Shown: positions 63,695 to 64,000 of the stretch, piece after piece
How the letters are laid out: each line of letters opens with the position of its first letter
How positions within the stretch are numbered: the stretch's first letter is position 1
NCBI GenBank assembly: GCA_044507065.1
Contig: JBIQJY010000006.1
Coordinates: forward strand, 723-64,722
Direction: 5' to 3'
Length of the DNA: 64,000 nt
Origin: Acidobacteriota bacterium
Lineage (GTDB): Bacteria; Acidobacteriota; Vicinamibacteria; Vicinamibacterales; SCN-69-37
Notes under the pieces: model-generated
What the model was told of the DNA's origin: nothing
Databases searched by the model: none
What the model saw: only the letters and a program-made list of their open reading frames with translations
Program-made: the position numbers and the translations under genes

Positions 63695-63799
63695 CACAAT
63701 CACGACCCTCATTGACACAAATAGCTTGCTGACGATCAGCGACGACGCACTATGATGTCGGCGCCGTGGCCGTGCCGGTTCGCGGCCAGGAGGCCGTTC

Positions 63800-64000
63800 A
63801 TGTCCGTCACTCGCGTCGTCCCGTCCCTCGTCTTCGCGGCAGCCGTCTTCGTGGCCGCCGCGCCTGCCCTGGCCCAGGAGGCACCGCTGGCCATCGATCA
63901 TCGCGTCCTGGCCACGTCGCGCACGTCGACGATGGAGCGGGAGATGAACGAGGCCGCCGAAGCCGGTTTTCGATACAGCGCCGTGATGGGCGGCGAAACG
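63800..64000 (+). CDS. Hypothetical exported protein, N-terminal 67 codons (continues past the window end)
   Basis: My own translation: [73 protein letters not shown] lies 6-7 nt upstream. The ORF is open at the edge, so it is not in the ORF track. Confidence 0.55.
   Translation, partial: MSVTRVVPSLVFAAAVFVAAAPALAQEAPLAIDHRVLATSRTSTMEREMNEAAEAGFRYSAVMGGET

Overview
This is a 64-kb, high-GC (about two-thirds G+C by eye), gene-dense chromosomal segment from a diderm bacterium. I call 55 protein-coding genes. Two are cut by the window edges and so are missing from the supplied ORF track. I saw no rRNA, tRNA, CRISPR array, transposase or phage-type integrase. My lineage guess is Acidobacteriota/Gemmatimonadota-like, which is inference only. 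It rests on LpxC + TamB/Omp85 + PEGA, many ECF and sigma54 parts, few Shine-Dalgarno sites, and pervasive 1-4 nt start/stop overlaps. Gene order: S8 peptidase (partial), class-V aminotransferase, a cell-wall trio (M48-LysM protease, MtgA, NlpC/P60), HNH nuclease + IPT/beta-propeller + UvrA, and LpxC. Next come an ECF sigma-STAS-98aa operon, LysA, Tmk and ComF, then the rplU-rpmA-obg-nadD-rsfS block, a TPR + lipoprotein pair, and dprA-topA-trmFO-xerC. A roughly 10-kb block follows: NtrC-type sigma54 activator + PAS histidine kinase, ABC-F ATPase, a second ECF sigma with a ZAS anti-sigma and two exported proteins, an APC permease, and a PEGA protein. After it come hslVU, an FN3 lipoprotein, transaldolase/FSA, a three-gene acyl-CoA carboxylase, and TamB-Omp85-miniSurA. 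The window ends with a 9.8-kb minus-strand glycosylation locus (2 GT-C, CPBP protease, 4 GT4, methyltransferase), class II ribonucleotide reductase NrdJ, and a partial exported protein. Three things are most worth a second look. (1) Four strong sigma54 -24/-12 promoter matches lie in intergenic DNA in front of envelope or exported-protein genes (S8 peptidase, lpxC, TPR-lipoprotein, PEGA), and a sigma54 activator/kinase pair with no obvious target is also in the window. (2) An ECF sigma factor is co-transcribed with a STAS anti-sigma antagonist and an unrecognisable acidic 98-aa protein, with no canonical anti-sigma or kinase. (3) The GT-C/CPBP/GT4/methyltransferase locus lacks any recognisable initiating transferase, flippase, polymerase or exporter. 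All functional calls come from motif recognition by eye, and no database search was possible.
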